A stretch of DNA of 64,000 nt from Chrysomallon squamiferum (lineage: Eukaryota; Animalia; Mollusca), in assembly GCA_012295275.1 (NCBI GenBank), contig CM022673.1, positions 3,162,001 through 3,226,000 of the forward strand. The letters are read 5' to 3'. The notes beneath the pieces are model-generated. The model was given only the letters and a program-made list of their open reading frames with translations. It made no database searches and was not told the DNA's origin. Position numbers and translations under genes: made by a program. Positions 1 through 14,570 of the stretch are shown in pieces (the stretch's first letter is position 1; every line of letters begins with the position of its first letter).

Positions 1-1255
1 TCCTAGCTTTGACATTTATCCCACAGTAAACAAATCAATATAACAAAATCAAACTATAATTAATTTCATAGATCCAACATATTTACTGCAGTAGATAATC
101 ACTGTCAAATCTTATTAGCCATTGAAAACTGAAACTATATTTACTGCTTATTTATGTTACATGTTCTGACAGAAATCATTTGATTTGTTGTCAGATAAAC
201 TTATGGAATTTTGTGTTTCATTATGAATATGAATTTGATTAAAACATTGATTTCCTTGCATTCAGAAACAGAAATAGCAAAGAATATTTGTTTTGGAATA
301 AAGAATGGAAAAGGTTTAATAATTTTGGTGGATAGGATAAAACCTTAATTTATAAAAAAAAGATATTTTGTCACTATGTTATTATTTATACATGGAAACT
401 TTAAAAACATTTGTAAATGATTAATTCAATGTATTTTTAGATTATTTAATCTTTATTGTCAGATATCCGTCCTCCTTTCTCTCATTCAAAGTGTTATGTT
501 CATATTGCGTTTTCTAACATTTAATCAGTATCTGTAATGGTTTAATATGTTAAACATGCAATTATAATCTTCCTGTAATATTTACTATTATTATTCTGTT
601 TCCTTATTCTTCATTCCAAACTTTGTAGTAGCTGATACAGTTTTATATCTTTCAGTTGAGTAAAAAGTCATTCAGCCACTGTTAATAATGGCAAGTTCTG
701 ATTTTTAAACTCTATCATTTAATATCGTGAGATAGTCGTGGTTTGGTTTAATTCTCTTTTATAATTTGGATGATTTCCCTTGTGTGTTTGATTCACACAC
801 ACAAAAGCCACCATTATGTATTCCACTTCACGTTAAAATATTAATCTGTGTTAATGTGAAAAAGCTTATAACTTCATCACCAGATCAATCACACACAAAT
901 GACTTACTTCATGTAGGAAACACAGAGTGACAGGAGACAGGAGCAGACAACAGGTGTGTTGTAGCATGCTCACCTGCAGGTTTTAAGTTGTAAGTACTCT
1001 TTGGTGCATCATGAACACAGTATAAGATTTGGTCATAGATTGATAACACTTGTAGTAAGTGTGTGTGTGTGTGTGTGTGTTTTGTGTGAGTATATGTGTA
1101 TGTGTCTGTGGATGGTGTACATGTGAATGACTGTGTGTATATGTGTGAGTTTATAGTATAATCTTGTGTTTATAGCAATTATTTCACTGGGAAGAATTAT
1201 ATATCCTTATATAAAGTATTTATGTATTATATTATGCACACATACACACACACAC

Positions 1256-1304
<49 letters not shown>

Positions 1305-1520
1305 TACACATAAACACATACACTCATATACATACACATACATACACTGACACACACACACACACTTGTATACATACATACACTGACACACACACATACA
1401 TTCTCTTTGTTTTAATTTTACCAAATGACCGAGAGATACAACCATTTACTATAATCTTCTTTAATAAACATCAAAAAATTTCAATCTGAGAAGAAAAGAA
1501 AAATCTAATTATTTTTTCAC

Positions 1521-1560
1521 TTTAATATGACTGAGAATAATCAGAACTCTTGACATGATG

Positions 1561-1619
<59 letters not shown>

Positions 1620-1741
1620 CATGCATGCATATATATATATATTTAATATGACTGAGAATAATCAGAACTCTTGACATGATGATACTGTCCCCATACACAC
1701 ACAGACACACACACACACACACACACACAGAGACACACACA

Positions 1742-1793
<52 letters not shown>

Positions 1794-1875
1794 AGTATAT
1801 GTATATATATATATTTAATATAACTGAGAAAAATCAGAACTCTTGACATGACAGTCCCCCCACACACACACACAG
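1521..1875. repeat. Three-copy composite tandem repeat (about 40-bp core plus (CA)n/(TA)n)
   Basis: tttaatat(g/a)actgagaa(t/a)aatcagaactcttgacatga at 1521, 1642 and 1814, separated by microsatellites of variable length. Confidence 0.85.
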
Positions 1876-2216
1876 CTGATTTTGATGCTATTCAGAAACG
1901 CACTGAAAGACCCTGGAGAAGATACTGTTCCCTGAAGCCAGGAGGCTTTAATGAATGACAAACAAAAATGGTAGCACTGGGTCATCTGGTTGCAATTAAG
2001 CAAAATGAGTAATAATAACTCATATCTGGAGTAGCTCTGATAAAGTCTACACATCTCTGCATCATTAGCACACTGACAGACGTTTTGTACGGAGTTCACC
2101 AGTTCTGAGACCAAACATTTCATGAATTGGAGGTATTTGTAGTATACGAATTTGGGGAAACATATACAGTAGATGAATTTGGATATATATATTTAGTACA
2201 TGAATTTTGAGATATA

Positions 2217-2425
2217 CAGGGTGGTCAAAAAGTAGGTGGATGGTAAATGATATTTATTTTGAGATTACATATACAATTATATTTACTCCAGATCAAATTT
2301 AAATAATGGTAGTTATAAAATGTTTAATAATATAGCACAAATACCATAGTTATAACGAACACCATTGTAATAATATAACCCTAACCCTAACCCACATACT
2401 GTCCACCTACCTTTGGACCACCCTG
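2217..2425. mobile_element. Tc1/mariner-type MITE (209 bp)
   Basis: About 29-bp TIRs, CAGGGTGGTCAAAAAGTAGGTGGA... versus revcomp CAGGGTGGTCCAAAGGTAGGTGGA..., with TA on both flanks (2215-16, 2426-27); non-coding. Confidence 0.8.
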
Positions 2426-3831
2426 TATGATTTTGAAGATATATGTAGTATATGAATTTTGAGGTATATGTAGTTCATTAATTATGATATATATATATAT
2501 ATAGTTTATGAGTTTTGAGATATGTAGTATGTGCAGTTGGAGATAATATAGTATACTAAAAATATATGCAAAAATTTGGAGCTAAACATAATACATTAAT
2601 TAGAAGATAAAAGCAGAATATTATTTTTTTCTTCATGATAAAGGCATATGAATAACTGTAACACTAGTAAACTAATATTAAGTACAGTGCAACATTGGAG
2701 ATATAGAAAAAAATACAGTACATGATCTTTTAGACATAAAATATTTTCTTGGAATACAGTTGGAACTCTGAACATTTCTCTGTTACTGATAAAAATCAAC
2801 ATATTTTGTGTACGTTCATGTTACTGTTATGTGAATAGGATTATGTATAAATAATACAGAAATACACAGTTTTTACATCACTGACAAAATGAATTCATAC
2901 ATCCTTTATACTGTTATTCAGATTTACATGTAAAGTGTTTCCTTGAATAACTGTGTCAGTGACAAACTGACACATGCAGTGCAGTTTTCACTGAGTAACT
3001 CACTAACATTTTTTTTTTTTTAAATTGTGGAAATTTTAAAAGAATTCTGAACTTTTCTGGAGCATTCATAAACTGAAAGATGTTTCAATTTGGTTCTGTG
3101 GAAAAATGAAAAAGATTTCCCCTGTGATAAAAGAATAAATATTTATACATCACTGGTAAGTTTCTCATTTATGTTTTTATGTTGGTCATTATTATTGTAG
3201 TTGTTGTTGTTGTTGATGTTTTTTTGTTGTTGTTGTTGTTGTTGTTACTGAGAAATACATGTAAAGCATTTGCATTGCAAACAGTGAGACAAAAGTCTAC
3301 ATATTTCTGCATCTGTGGTAAAACCATCAAAAACATTTTATATTACAGTTTCAAACACTGGTATTTGCAAAAGCATCTAAAGCATTTCCTTGTTGATAAA
3401 AGTCTGCAGACTCGTGCATTGCTGCTGATTAAGTATATAATTGTTTTCACACATTTATTAGTATCAGGATATATATATGTATATATATAAAAAAAAATTT
3501 AATGCAAGTATTTCTGTGGTTCTGGTCAAATACAGCAAACTTTCCTGATTACTATAAGACTACTGACACATTCTATAGTTGAGGTTGAGGTTGAGAAAGA
3601 GAGAGAGGTTTTCACTAGTCAACACAGTAGATGTTCCAGTTTACTGCATTGCTGCTGATAAATTCTGTAGCTGTTTTTATTCATGTAGAGTATTTTGTTG
3701 CCTGTACTAATACAAGCATTTTCACTGGTTAACAGAGCAGAATTGATATATACTGCATAACCGCTGATAAAGTTTGTACTGTTCTTTTCATTCATTTATT
3801 CATATTTTTGTGTATATGTGTGTATATATTG

Positions 3832-3869
<38 letters not shown>

Positions 3870-6800
3870 TGAAATCTGTGGGTAAATGTAATTTAAAGTT
3901 GCTTGGTAACAATTTTACAAAATATTACAAATATATATAAATATGTTATATGTTATATAGTAATTGGTTAACACTAACATAAATTGGTTCAAATTTCTAC
4001 AATGGTGGCCAATGCAGATAAATTCCCAGTGGATAAATTTTGTACTTTTGTTTTACTTAGAATTCTGTGACACATACTAAGCATTTATTTGAAAATGCTC
4101 ATTGATGTGTACACTTACCTGCCTCATTGGTTCACTGACATATGTTCTCTGTTATACTACATGCCAGCATTTAACGACACATGTAAGGAATTATCTTTCT
4201 GACAAACTTCTCTCTGTGTCAGTTCCAGTGTTAATCCCACAGAGCCACTGAGTGAACCGACTTCTCTTCATTCAGAACTGTACCAAACTTTATCTCATCT
4301 TATCAGGGTTCTCAACGATTCTCTGGACTGGATTTATTTGTTATAATGTAAAGAGTAGACTTTGCAAGATTCTTGGATTTAGGTAAGAGGATTTTTTGTT
4401 GTTGATAGTTATACCAATGTGTGTTGCAGTGCATTGTAGGGATCTTAGAATATTTTTATTGGCATATGTGCAAATCTGAAGTAATTAATAATTAAAAAAA
4501 ATAATTTTATTAAATTCCAAAGCAACAGCTTTTGAAAAGGTTACTAAACATTCAGTTGATAGCTAGGTAAATTGCAATATTATGAAAATACTTTCATGGA
4601 AGTATGACTATTATAAAAACTAATTATAGCAAGAATAAATAAATATATAAATAAAAGAAAGAAAGAAAGAAAGAAAGAAAGAAAAAGAAAAGAAAAATGA
4701 TTGCTACTAAACTTAACTTTATGTACACTCAAAGCCTATAAGTGATGCCATTATGAGGATAACTGCAAACCTCAATTAATATAATTACTGTAATCACCAG
4801 GTTGTGTAGCACGTGTGTGTAGAGTATACTATAAATCAGTGAAAGTTCAAATGTATTATAAAATTCCATGAAATATTAATCACTCAGTGGAAATTGTAAT
4901 CCACAGGAATTACTGTGTATACTAAAGAGCAGGTTTGGAATTGTGATATTTAACAAACTATTTTCTAATCAGAGTTATACAAAACCCCAAAGACTTTAAA
5001 GGATTCTGCCAGGAATGAAGATTTTAAAACAAATAAATAAATACTTTTTAGGCTTTTGATAACGTAAAGATTCTGTGAGACATTAAAATTATTTAAAAAT
5101 TAATCTTCAGAGTAAAACGCTTATGAAGCAGTGGTGTTGATAATATTCCAATAGCCTTGTTCTCCTGAAGATTTATAGAAACTATTTCTGAGGGGCAAAA
5201 ATTATTCATAACCATAAAAGAATTCTGTGTTCAAACATTTCCTCAGAAAAAAATAAAAAATAATAGAAAGGAAAGAAAAAAAAATGAAGAAGAAAAGAAG
5301 AGATAAAGAACTGGTGCCATATTTATGATGGATACAAATTTCATAAAGAATTTTTTTTTACATCAATCAACAGAAATATGCATGTAATGGTTTTATGGGT
5401 ACATGTTTTTAGAGAAAAACTAACAGCTTTTGTAAATAAATGTGACTCATAAATCATATCTATGCTAGTAATTACCAATAAAACTAATAGTCCCAAGGCA
5501 ATACAGAAAGTGGTAAGTGTGTTTTATGATAGGGAAATTCTGTGTAAAGAAGAAAACACTAATTCCTGGATAATAAATTACTAATGTCCCCCACTTCTTA
5601 AGAGTTCCAGTGTGGAAAGGCATCAGTATAAAGTTGTGTTTCTTGTAGTAGTGAGAAGTTCTGAGATTTAAAAACAGAGTGAGATTTACAGAGCCTTTTG
5701 TTATGATAACTAAAATGTCTTAGAATTAAGAGAAACAGAAGGAAAGAGTTATGAAAAAAAAGGCGTGATAGACAGATGGAAAAAATGAAAGAAAGAGACA
5801 AAGAGATATGAATAAAGAGAGAGAGAGAGAGAGATTACATTTTCAGATCAAGAGAGAAAGATTCAGTAAAGACAGATCTGTAACTAGTGTTATATGTTGC
5901 AGTAATTACTTTCTTAGAATGTGACAGTGTGGAGAAAAGATACTGAATGAGAGACACCCTCAGTGAATAGATTTCAGTAACAAGCTTCTTTTGTCATATT
6001 AATGAAAAATTTCATACACTTGGAGAGATTTGCTGATGATTTTGTTTGAGGAAGAATCTTCTATCTTGGAAGTTAAAAACAAATCTGAAGAAATGTGCTG
6101 CTTAGACAGCATTTATAGTTTGTTATATCATTAACAGACAGAAATCTTTAGAATATTCTGTTTTACAGCAACAATATTTTAGAAAAAAAGATGAAAAGAG
6201 GCACTCCCAGGTCTTTTTTCTCTGTAAGAAGAAGTTACGACTTTGAGAAATTTCCAGACAGTTCTGTTTATTCTGTCACTTTTTTCTTTCTTCTAAACTG
6301 GATTAACGAAGAAAACAGACGTTTGTTTGACCCAGTAAATCTGAGTGAAAATTCCTGCCAGATATCATTTCTCAAATCTCATTACTGTAAGTGTGCATGA
6401 GAAACTTGTCTGCAAGTTTCAACCAGTGCTTTACAAACTCAGGTATGGATTAAAGGAAACAGAAGGTTAATGATTTTTCTGTAATCTAGAATCTGGTACA
6501 CTTACTGAATTATTTTTATTTTTTTTTTTTTTTTGAACAGTTCTGTTTTTGGAACACCTCAGACAGTTGCAGTTAATTATTTTAAATATGGAAAGGTTGT
6601 TCAGAACTCTGCAGCTTATGAATGTAGTTTTTTGCAAGATATTAAATTTGAAACAGTCTGGCCTGGAGAAAGGATATTCAGAAGCTCATGGAGGTTTTAG
6701 ATAAATGTGAGAATAAATCATTATCTAATCAGTGGTTTCTTTATACTTTATATGATGTTTCCACCTTTTTTACCACCTTATATGATATGATATATACACA

Positions 6801-7350
6801 TATATATATATATATGTATGTATGTATATTGGGGAAATATGCAGCTATTTCTCTTTGGGTTTCTCTTACAGTTACTGTTATCAGTAGCAGTAAGAATTAT
6901 TTTATACATACCTTTCCACAGGCAGGGAAAACAGATTACATGAATTTATGTAAACCTGTCATAGAACATTGGTTGAAATCATTCTAAAATATTTCTAAAT
7001 TATATGCAAATGATATATCTTTTTTCTCTTCATATAATTTAAATGTTTAAAAATTGTTTAAAATTCATTTGGAAATTTGTATTACAAAAAGTTTTCAATA
7101 TCTTGTACATTAAGGGTAAAAAACAGTAAGCCATTAAAGCATATGTAAAAAAAAAAAATTTGTAAAGAAACATTTCTATTTGAATTTTTTTTTAAATTGT
7201 TTATTCAACTTTGATATCAGATTACAAAATACAAACCACTCCTGTACAAACATTGTGTTTAAACTTCAGCTAATCTGAAAATTCAAGCAAGTTTCAGCTT
7301 TTAGAAATGATTTCTTGCCCATCCTCTGTTGTTTTGAAGTGGAACTGAAC

Positions 7351-7720
7351 TTAAAAAGAAAAGAAAATAATAAGAAAATTAGGAGAAAAGAAGACTGTTA
7401 ACAAAGAATGAAAGAAAAGAGAAAACAAACAAAAAATAACAGAAGAAAAGGCTTTTAGAAAGAAAGAAAAAAGAAATTGTAAAATAAATGAAAGAAGGAA
7501 AGAAAGAATAAATGCAAAGACAGAAAAAAGAAACAAAAAATTACAGAAGAGAAGATTTTCTGAAAGAAATAAAGAAAGGACAATAAAAAGATGAATGAAA
7601 GAAAGAACAAAAGACAGAAAAGAAAAAAGAAATGATAACAGGAGAAAAGACTTTTAGAAAGAAAGAAAAAAAAAAGTTCAAAATTAAATAAAAAAGAAAT
7701 GAAATAAAGAAAACAAAAAA
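7351..7720. repeat. Purine-rich degenerate about 100-bp tandem repeat
   Basis: Repeated ataacag(a/g)agaaaag(g/a)cttttagaaagaaagaaaaa and caaagacagaaaa blocks. Confidence 0.6.
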
Positions 7721-9419
7721 CAACATAATAATTTTGTTTAAACTAATCACTGGACAGCAAAACAACCATAAAAAGGAAACAAAACAAAGATAATTTCATT
7801 GCAAAATTAAAAAACATTTTTTGTTTAATTTCATCAACTCTGGTTCTCTGATCTGACAAACACAAAGTGTTTTATTCAATTGATCACTTATTAACACCAG
7901 TTAGAACCTTTTAAACATTTTTTCAACATCTTTATTAAACATGGAACTGATATGGTATTGTGCACACACCTCCTCTTATTTTATGTCAGTGAGCTTTTTT
8001 TTTTTCAGATCTTATAATGAAATTCATTTAATATTTAAAGTTATATCATCTTGTAAAACATTAAAAGTTCAATCACATTTTATTATCAACAACTGTTAGA
8101 AATGTTTGTCATCCTAGCCATTCAAGAAATTCACGATCCATTCTTGATTTTCAAAACGTTATTGCTATTGGCTTTTTTATATTTGAAATGTGAAAGAAAA
8201 TGTCTTGCGTCTGCTTTTCCAGCATCACTTCTCAATTTGTCAGCTCAAAAGATCAATGTAATGGAATTCGCTTTAAAAGCAATAAACTGCTTTCACTATG
8301 AGAAAGTCTCTTTCAGAGCCCTTTTTTTCTTCTTCACTTTCATCGTTGTAGCATTGGTTAAATGCCGTAAATTGATGGCATTGTAATGTGTTTAAATACC
8401 ATGAATGGATGACGGCTAATAGCTCTTAAACTGTGTTTAATCACACTTGTTAACTCAACATATTTTACTAATGCGTGAGTCAAATATTACAGCTCTTTTA
8501 TTGACCAGCCGTTCAGGTATGTATATATCATATCCATTTTGTCAGTGAGTTATTAGAGATGCTGAAAGAAAACATTGTTATGAAACCACGAGTTCCAGCT
8601 AATCCTGCCAGATTTGTATAAAACATTTATCAATTAGAAAGGTCTTAACCTATTTTCATGTACGCAAAAAGGTTTAAGTATGACATACAAGGCAGGCAAT
8701 AACCTATTTATGCAATCTGACTGATCAAAAGAATATTGATAACTGACTCTAATGGTTTACACATCAGCTGAAAGGCTGTTAGGTCCTAACATGTAAAATG
8801 TACTGGTAACATGTTCGTGTCCATGATTTATTGTTTTCAGACTTACTCTTTTAGATTATCAGAAGTCAAGGAAGTCTATGATGCAAAATTAATTAAGTCC
8901 ACAAATCTTTTAGGTTTAGTCCTGTCTTAGACCCACTAAATTTAAAGCTGAAAATGAAGACTTTAAACTTGACAAACTGTTTTGATTAGCAAACACTAAA
9001 TTTAGCTTAGTTTTACATTCTTAGAACTTTCCTGTTGACATCAAAGCATGTACCACAGTGTTTTATACCTCAGATGTATCTCACTGTCTGACTATGAGAA
9101 ATGATTTTTTGGTGGTTGACGAGACTGGATCTTGTGATCGATTGCTTCTCAGGCAACCATTTTACCATTGTGTGTCATGTATTATACTTTTCATTAATAA
9201 ATGACTCATTGTATTTCATGTATAACTTTTGAAGCAATCACAGACAAAAACAGCACTAGATGCTGCCTTGTGTCTAATAGAATAAATTATACATTAATGT
9301 CATAATAGATGAATGACTTAGCACATGAGTTGCAGGCACAAAGTCTGACTGGCTCTGTGGCCACATTTATGAAAGTTACTGTCATTGTTATTATTTGATA
9401 AATAAGAAGGCTAACCACT

Positions 9420-9990
9420 GTTTCAGGACATGAAAAGCTTTAACTTTTTTATGGTTTCGTGCATGTTTGCTATGGAGACAATGCCCGATGAATTCAAATA
9501 CCTTGGTCATGATATTCACATTCATTACCTTTTTTATTTAATAAATAAACAGAAATAAAAATGTTATATTCCATTTTAAGGTTCATGCATCTTTGCTGAT
9601 GGATTCAGTTATCATGATCATGATAGTCACAATAATAATAGTTATTTAACAAACAGGAAATGAAAACCATTAACTTTAGTTTTGGTTCATGCACGTTTGT
9701 TATGACTGATTTAGTTACCAGTTCATGACAGTTTCAAGAGTAATGATTTAATATACTTTCTAAACAGGAAAATAACGATAGATCTAATATATTTAGATCC
9801 ACAAATGATTATTAAAAAGATGTTTGCCAATGGCATTACATGTGAGAGATTTCAGATTACAATGTTATAGATACCATTTACAAAGACTCTTGTATTTAAA
9901 GAACAGGAAATTGAAGCTATATCTAATATATTCAAATAGACAGTTTTGTTGCTTCAGGCAACACGTTTTATATGATGAATATGAAATCTG
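9420..9990. repeat. Old degenerate tandem repeat, period about 110-140 bp
   Basis: Recurrent aaacaggaaa...ggttcatgca(c/t)(g/c)tttg blocks at about 9420, 9547, 9651, 9762 and 9902. Confidence 0.55.
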
Positions 9991-10407
9991 ACAGTCCTGT
10001 TCATCAAGTCATAATCACAAATATTATTTACAACATTTCTAGATTCTACTGGTATAAATCTAGTAAATAAATCAAATTTGTTTAAGCCAACAAATTTAAT
10101 GCTCAAAACTATCTGTCATCACAGAGATAATAATTTTATATTTAAGTCTCCAAAAGTCTTTAGAGCTGTATTAACTAAATTACTAAATAAATTAGTTAAT
10201 CCTTCCCAGACACACTAAATCGTCCCAGCTGAAAATAAAAGATTAATACACGACAGACTGTTTTTATTACCTGTGTCACTAGGGTTCAGTTAGAGACTTG
10301 AAAGGATTCTGCCATGAATGATGATTTTAAAATGTCAAAGCAACCAAGGATGAAATGGTTTATTTAATGAATCAGTTCAACACGTTTTTAATAAAAGTTA
10401 TATAGAA

Positions 10408-10456
<49 letters not shown>

Positions 10457-11893
10457 TTATTTATTTATTTAACAAAATAATCTATAAATTTTCAAAATGT
10501 TATTATGTAGTATTATACATGTAACTGAGAATCATACAAATACCAAGACAAAGAAGCAGTGGTTACATGATTGGCTACTTTTTTCCTTCCCATAGACAGG
10601 AAAGTACAAACTATAACCTTTGATAAACCAATGACTAGAATGGATATGATTTGGCAAAGGCAATGTTTTTAGTTTATGAGAAGGTGTAGACAAATATTAA
10701 TTTATTGCTAATCTACTGGAAAAGCCATTGGAATGGGTGCAGCCAGCTTCTTCTTTATTGTTATTACACAAACTATACAGTTCTACATATCTCCACTGAT
10801 TAACAGTACACTGTGATGCTGTTGTTAGTTTATTATTTTATTTTGTTAGCTTATTAAAACCAGTTCCGTTTTTAACAGATACCATCTGCATTTCTTACAG
10901 CTCCAGTGTTCCATGACTATAAATATAATTATGAAATGAGATAAAATTACAAAAGATTCTAAAATATCTTTTTTGGGGGGAAATAAAAAATTTATGAAGA
11001 GCACTCAAGAAAACTGAAATAGCTGCATTAAAAATAAAAATAAATAAAAATAAATAAAAATAACTAAATAAATTAATTAATAAAATAAAATAAAATAAAT
11101 CTATTAAATGAGAAAAATAAAAATTTTGTGTTGCCACGAATAGAAAAATGGAGATTTTCTCACACATCGCTGTACATTCATGAAATCAATTACTTCAGAA
11201 AAAAAGTGAGAGCTATTTTAGTCGAAATAAAAACATTATCAATTCCATATGGAGATTCATAATCTCTATCTTATTCAATTAATACATCAACCCTAGCATT
11301 TATGGTGTCTTTGTGTGTAACAGAGATATTGAGTTTTTCAATTGAGAATCAATATATGTTTGTCAAGGGTTACCAGATTTCAGCATTACTATAGTCATGT
11401 GAAACGATCATTCAACGCCTGCTGATATTTGAATATGCATCTTTCTTTTAGAAAGTAGTGTTTGAGTAACAAATTTCATTGTGAGCAGTGGTGGAAAGAT
11501 AAACAGAATATGAAATTGAATTTGTTAAGAAAAAAATGTTTTTAATAGATAAATATTATTTTCAAGGAAGCTTTGAATAAATTAGAAATAAAACATGGAA
11601 ATAAAGCACTTTAAAATATCGACATGTTTGTCCTGATAGCAATACAATGGGTGATAAACCTGTACTATTTATTTGATGTGTTTATTTACTTATTAACAGC
11701 AATTTATTAATTACATCTTTATAGTTATTATTATGCTGTAATTAATATTTGTATAACAACACATCAACACATTTTTATATTAACGAATATTTGTGTAAAT
11801 AATTTTGTGTGACTAAGGAGGGTATCTAATGCACAAAGCTTTATTTGTGTTTTTATCAGTCGGTGCAAACAAATCTTTTGCACGTACTTTCAC

Positions 11894-12000
<107 letters not shown>

Positions 12001-13144
12001 TCATCATTATTATTATCTATATAAAGATACAGAATATTATGTTTTTATATGTAAAATATGCAAGAACCTATTTTAAACCAGTTTTGAAATGAATGAAAGA
12101 GACATTAAGACATTTACATAGTGAGAGATAGACAGATTAACACAGAAAGGAAAAAATTATAGTTAAAGACAGAGAGTATTTGTTTAATTTCTCATAGACA
12201 GCCTGATTAAACAAAATTCTTTGAAATAAAATAGAGATAGAGAAAAAAAAAAAAAGTGAGAGATAAAATGACAATGTTAGTGTTGTGTGGTATTTTTTAT
12301 GTCTATATGTCATAGTTAAAAAATTAAAAAAACCCTGTCTTTACTCTCAGATTAACCATGCTTATTCCTTTAATTTCAGACTGTTTGAATTTCATTGCCA
12401 GAACTACATAATCAGCAACTCTGTGAAGTTAAAAAAGCATATTTTCTCATTTAGAATGAGCTTGCAGCTGTTCACTTTTAAACTGAGAAAAACTTTGCAA
12501 CCTTTTTATTGACAGCATGTCTCTGATAACATACAGCCTTTTTTTTTATGATTATTACAATGCAGTGTAAAGCTATTTACTTGAATTTAAAAGCTTTACA
12601 CTTTCAGCAGTTATTACTCTTGTTATTATTACTCTGTCAAATATATTCTGTATTGCCAACACACTGATTACAAAATATCACAGATAATGGCATCTGGTTT
12701 GGCAATAAATACCAAGAATTGCAAATGCTTATTTAAAAATAAACACATGAAGTGCAGACCACACTTGTTATCTAATTTCCCCAGAGAAAGACAGAACATT
12801 TATCCTGTGTCAGAAAACCAGAGAAATGGTCTTGGTGACAACCAGCTGTGTGGTAGTTATTTTGCAGTTTGCCAGTGTTTGAAATAAATAAATGATTTAA
12901 GAAAATTACAGTTTCATTTTATCAGTGTTCGTGGTTTATTCGCACTCTGACAGTATTTTTCATCCCATTTCAATTTGTTTGAAAAGTTCTGGAGCAGTCT
13001 GCAGTTCAGTGATTAGACTTTTTGAAGTGTGGTGGATTCAGGAATAATACACAGGGCTGATTCTTGTTCCAGCCATAAGTGGTTTATCAGAAAGTATTTT
13101 ATGTGCTTTCCTGTAAGTCACACACACACAGACATCCACTAACT

Positions 13145-13213
<69 letters not shown>

Positions 13214-14320
13214 TTCATCTGTAATTCTTTCTTTTCTCTTTTCTTTTTTTACTTTTACTTTATCTTCCTTCTCTTTGTTTTTTCTCATAATTTCCATTTT
13301 TTTCTTCACCCTTTTTATATCTCTTGCTTTGTAATCTATTTTGTCAAATGTAAATCATTATCTCATCTGTCAGACTAAATTTATATTTTTATTTTTTCTA
13401 TATTTTTTACATCTTCATCTTTCTTTTTTCTTTTCTTTTAATTTATTTTTTATGAATGTTTTTTCTTTATCTTATGTCTTGACTCACTGAGTCTGAAGAA
13501 TCCAGATTTTTCTGAAGAAAAAGGAAAAAATAATTCTTCTCTTCAAAAGAGAGTTGTCATGTTTATTGGAATAGAATTAAATAATTCATTATCATCTTTA
13601 TAACCTTCAGTCTCCTTATTAATCTTAGACTTTGTTCTTTTTATCTACTGAGAAATATCACGAAACTATTAATTTTATAAAGTTTTTGATGTTTAGAAAA
13701 AAATACATAAAGAGATCTATCTAGTGTTTAATTTACTGTACAAATATTAACATTTCTTATTTAATTTGCTGGAAAGGTGTAAACAGTATTAGTGATCATA
13801 TTATTATATGCAAATCCACTGAAAAGAATATATCAACTAGCCTGACAAGTCTTTGATCTACTCAAAATACATCAACAAATCTACTTATTTTCCTGCTATC
13901 TTAACATGACATTTTGAAGAACAAAATCCTTGACATGTAGTCCAGAAGACTGTATTAGGAATATTAAGGGATTAGTTACAGAACACATATAATGTAGTTA
14001 TTTCATGTCTCCCCAATTATCTCTGGGATGAAGTCAGCATCAGGAAGTAAGCCCAGTGGTGAGGGAAATTGCTAAATAAGAGAATGAATGAGACCAGTTG
14101 ATTACAAAATGTCCTCTACTCACGTTCACTGTAATAGTTTATTGTAATAGGATGCATATTTGGGTTTTACAGGATACGCTTTTAATATAGAGCAGTTGAA
14201 GGATATGTTTATTTATATGTTGTTGTTTGTTTTGTGTATCAGCAAAGAAATAATCTCAGTAATAACAAAATTGCTGAAGTATGTCTGGCATGGGAAAATG
14301 TTTTGAGATGTTCATGACAA

Positions 14321-14570
14321 GGAAGGAAGAACAAAATGTTTTATTTAACAACAGACTCAACACTTTTCAATCAGCCATTATGTGTGGTCTCATATATAAT
14401 GTTAAGGACAATACAGACAGTTAAGGAAATCCTGTTACTGCCACACAATGGGCTACTCTTTTTGAGGTTTAGCAGTAAAACATCTTTTTAGCACCCACCC
14501 ACTGATCAGAAAAAATATACCTCAGTTTTTGACAAACCAACCTTGGAGTAATTGTTGGAAAGGGAAACAG
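14321..14570 (-). mobile_element. Decayed SINE copy (same family)
   Basis: gaaggaag..aatgttttatttaacaac..ctcaacact..tgggctactcttt..ttagcag..ccca..; shares blocks with 10350-10640, 6870-6980 and the reverse complement of 46170-46349. Confidence 0.5.

Noticed and set aside
1166-1873. HT/CV/YI-repeat ORFs (and many similar ORFs across the window)
   Set aside because: They are translations of (CA)n, (TA)n, (GA)n, (AAT)n and poly-A/T tracts, with no coding signature.
1815-2123. 102-aa minus-strand ORF in a GC-richer patch
   Set aside because: No recognisable domain, it runs into a tandem repeat, and there is no supporting exon structure.
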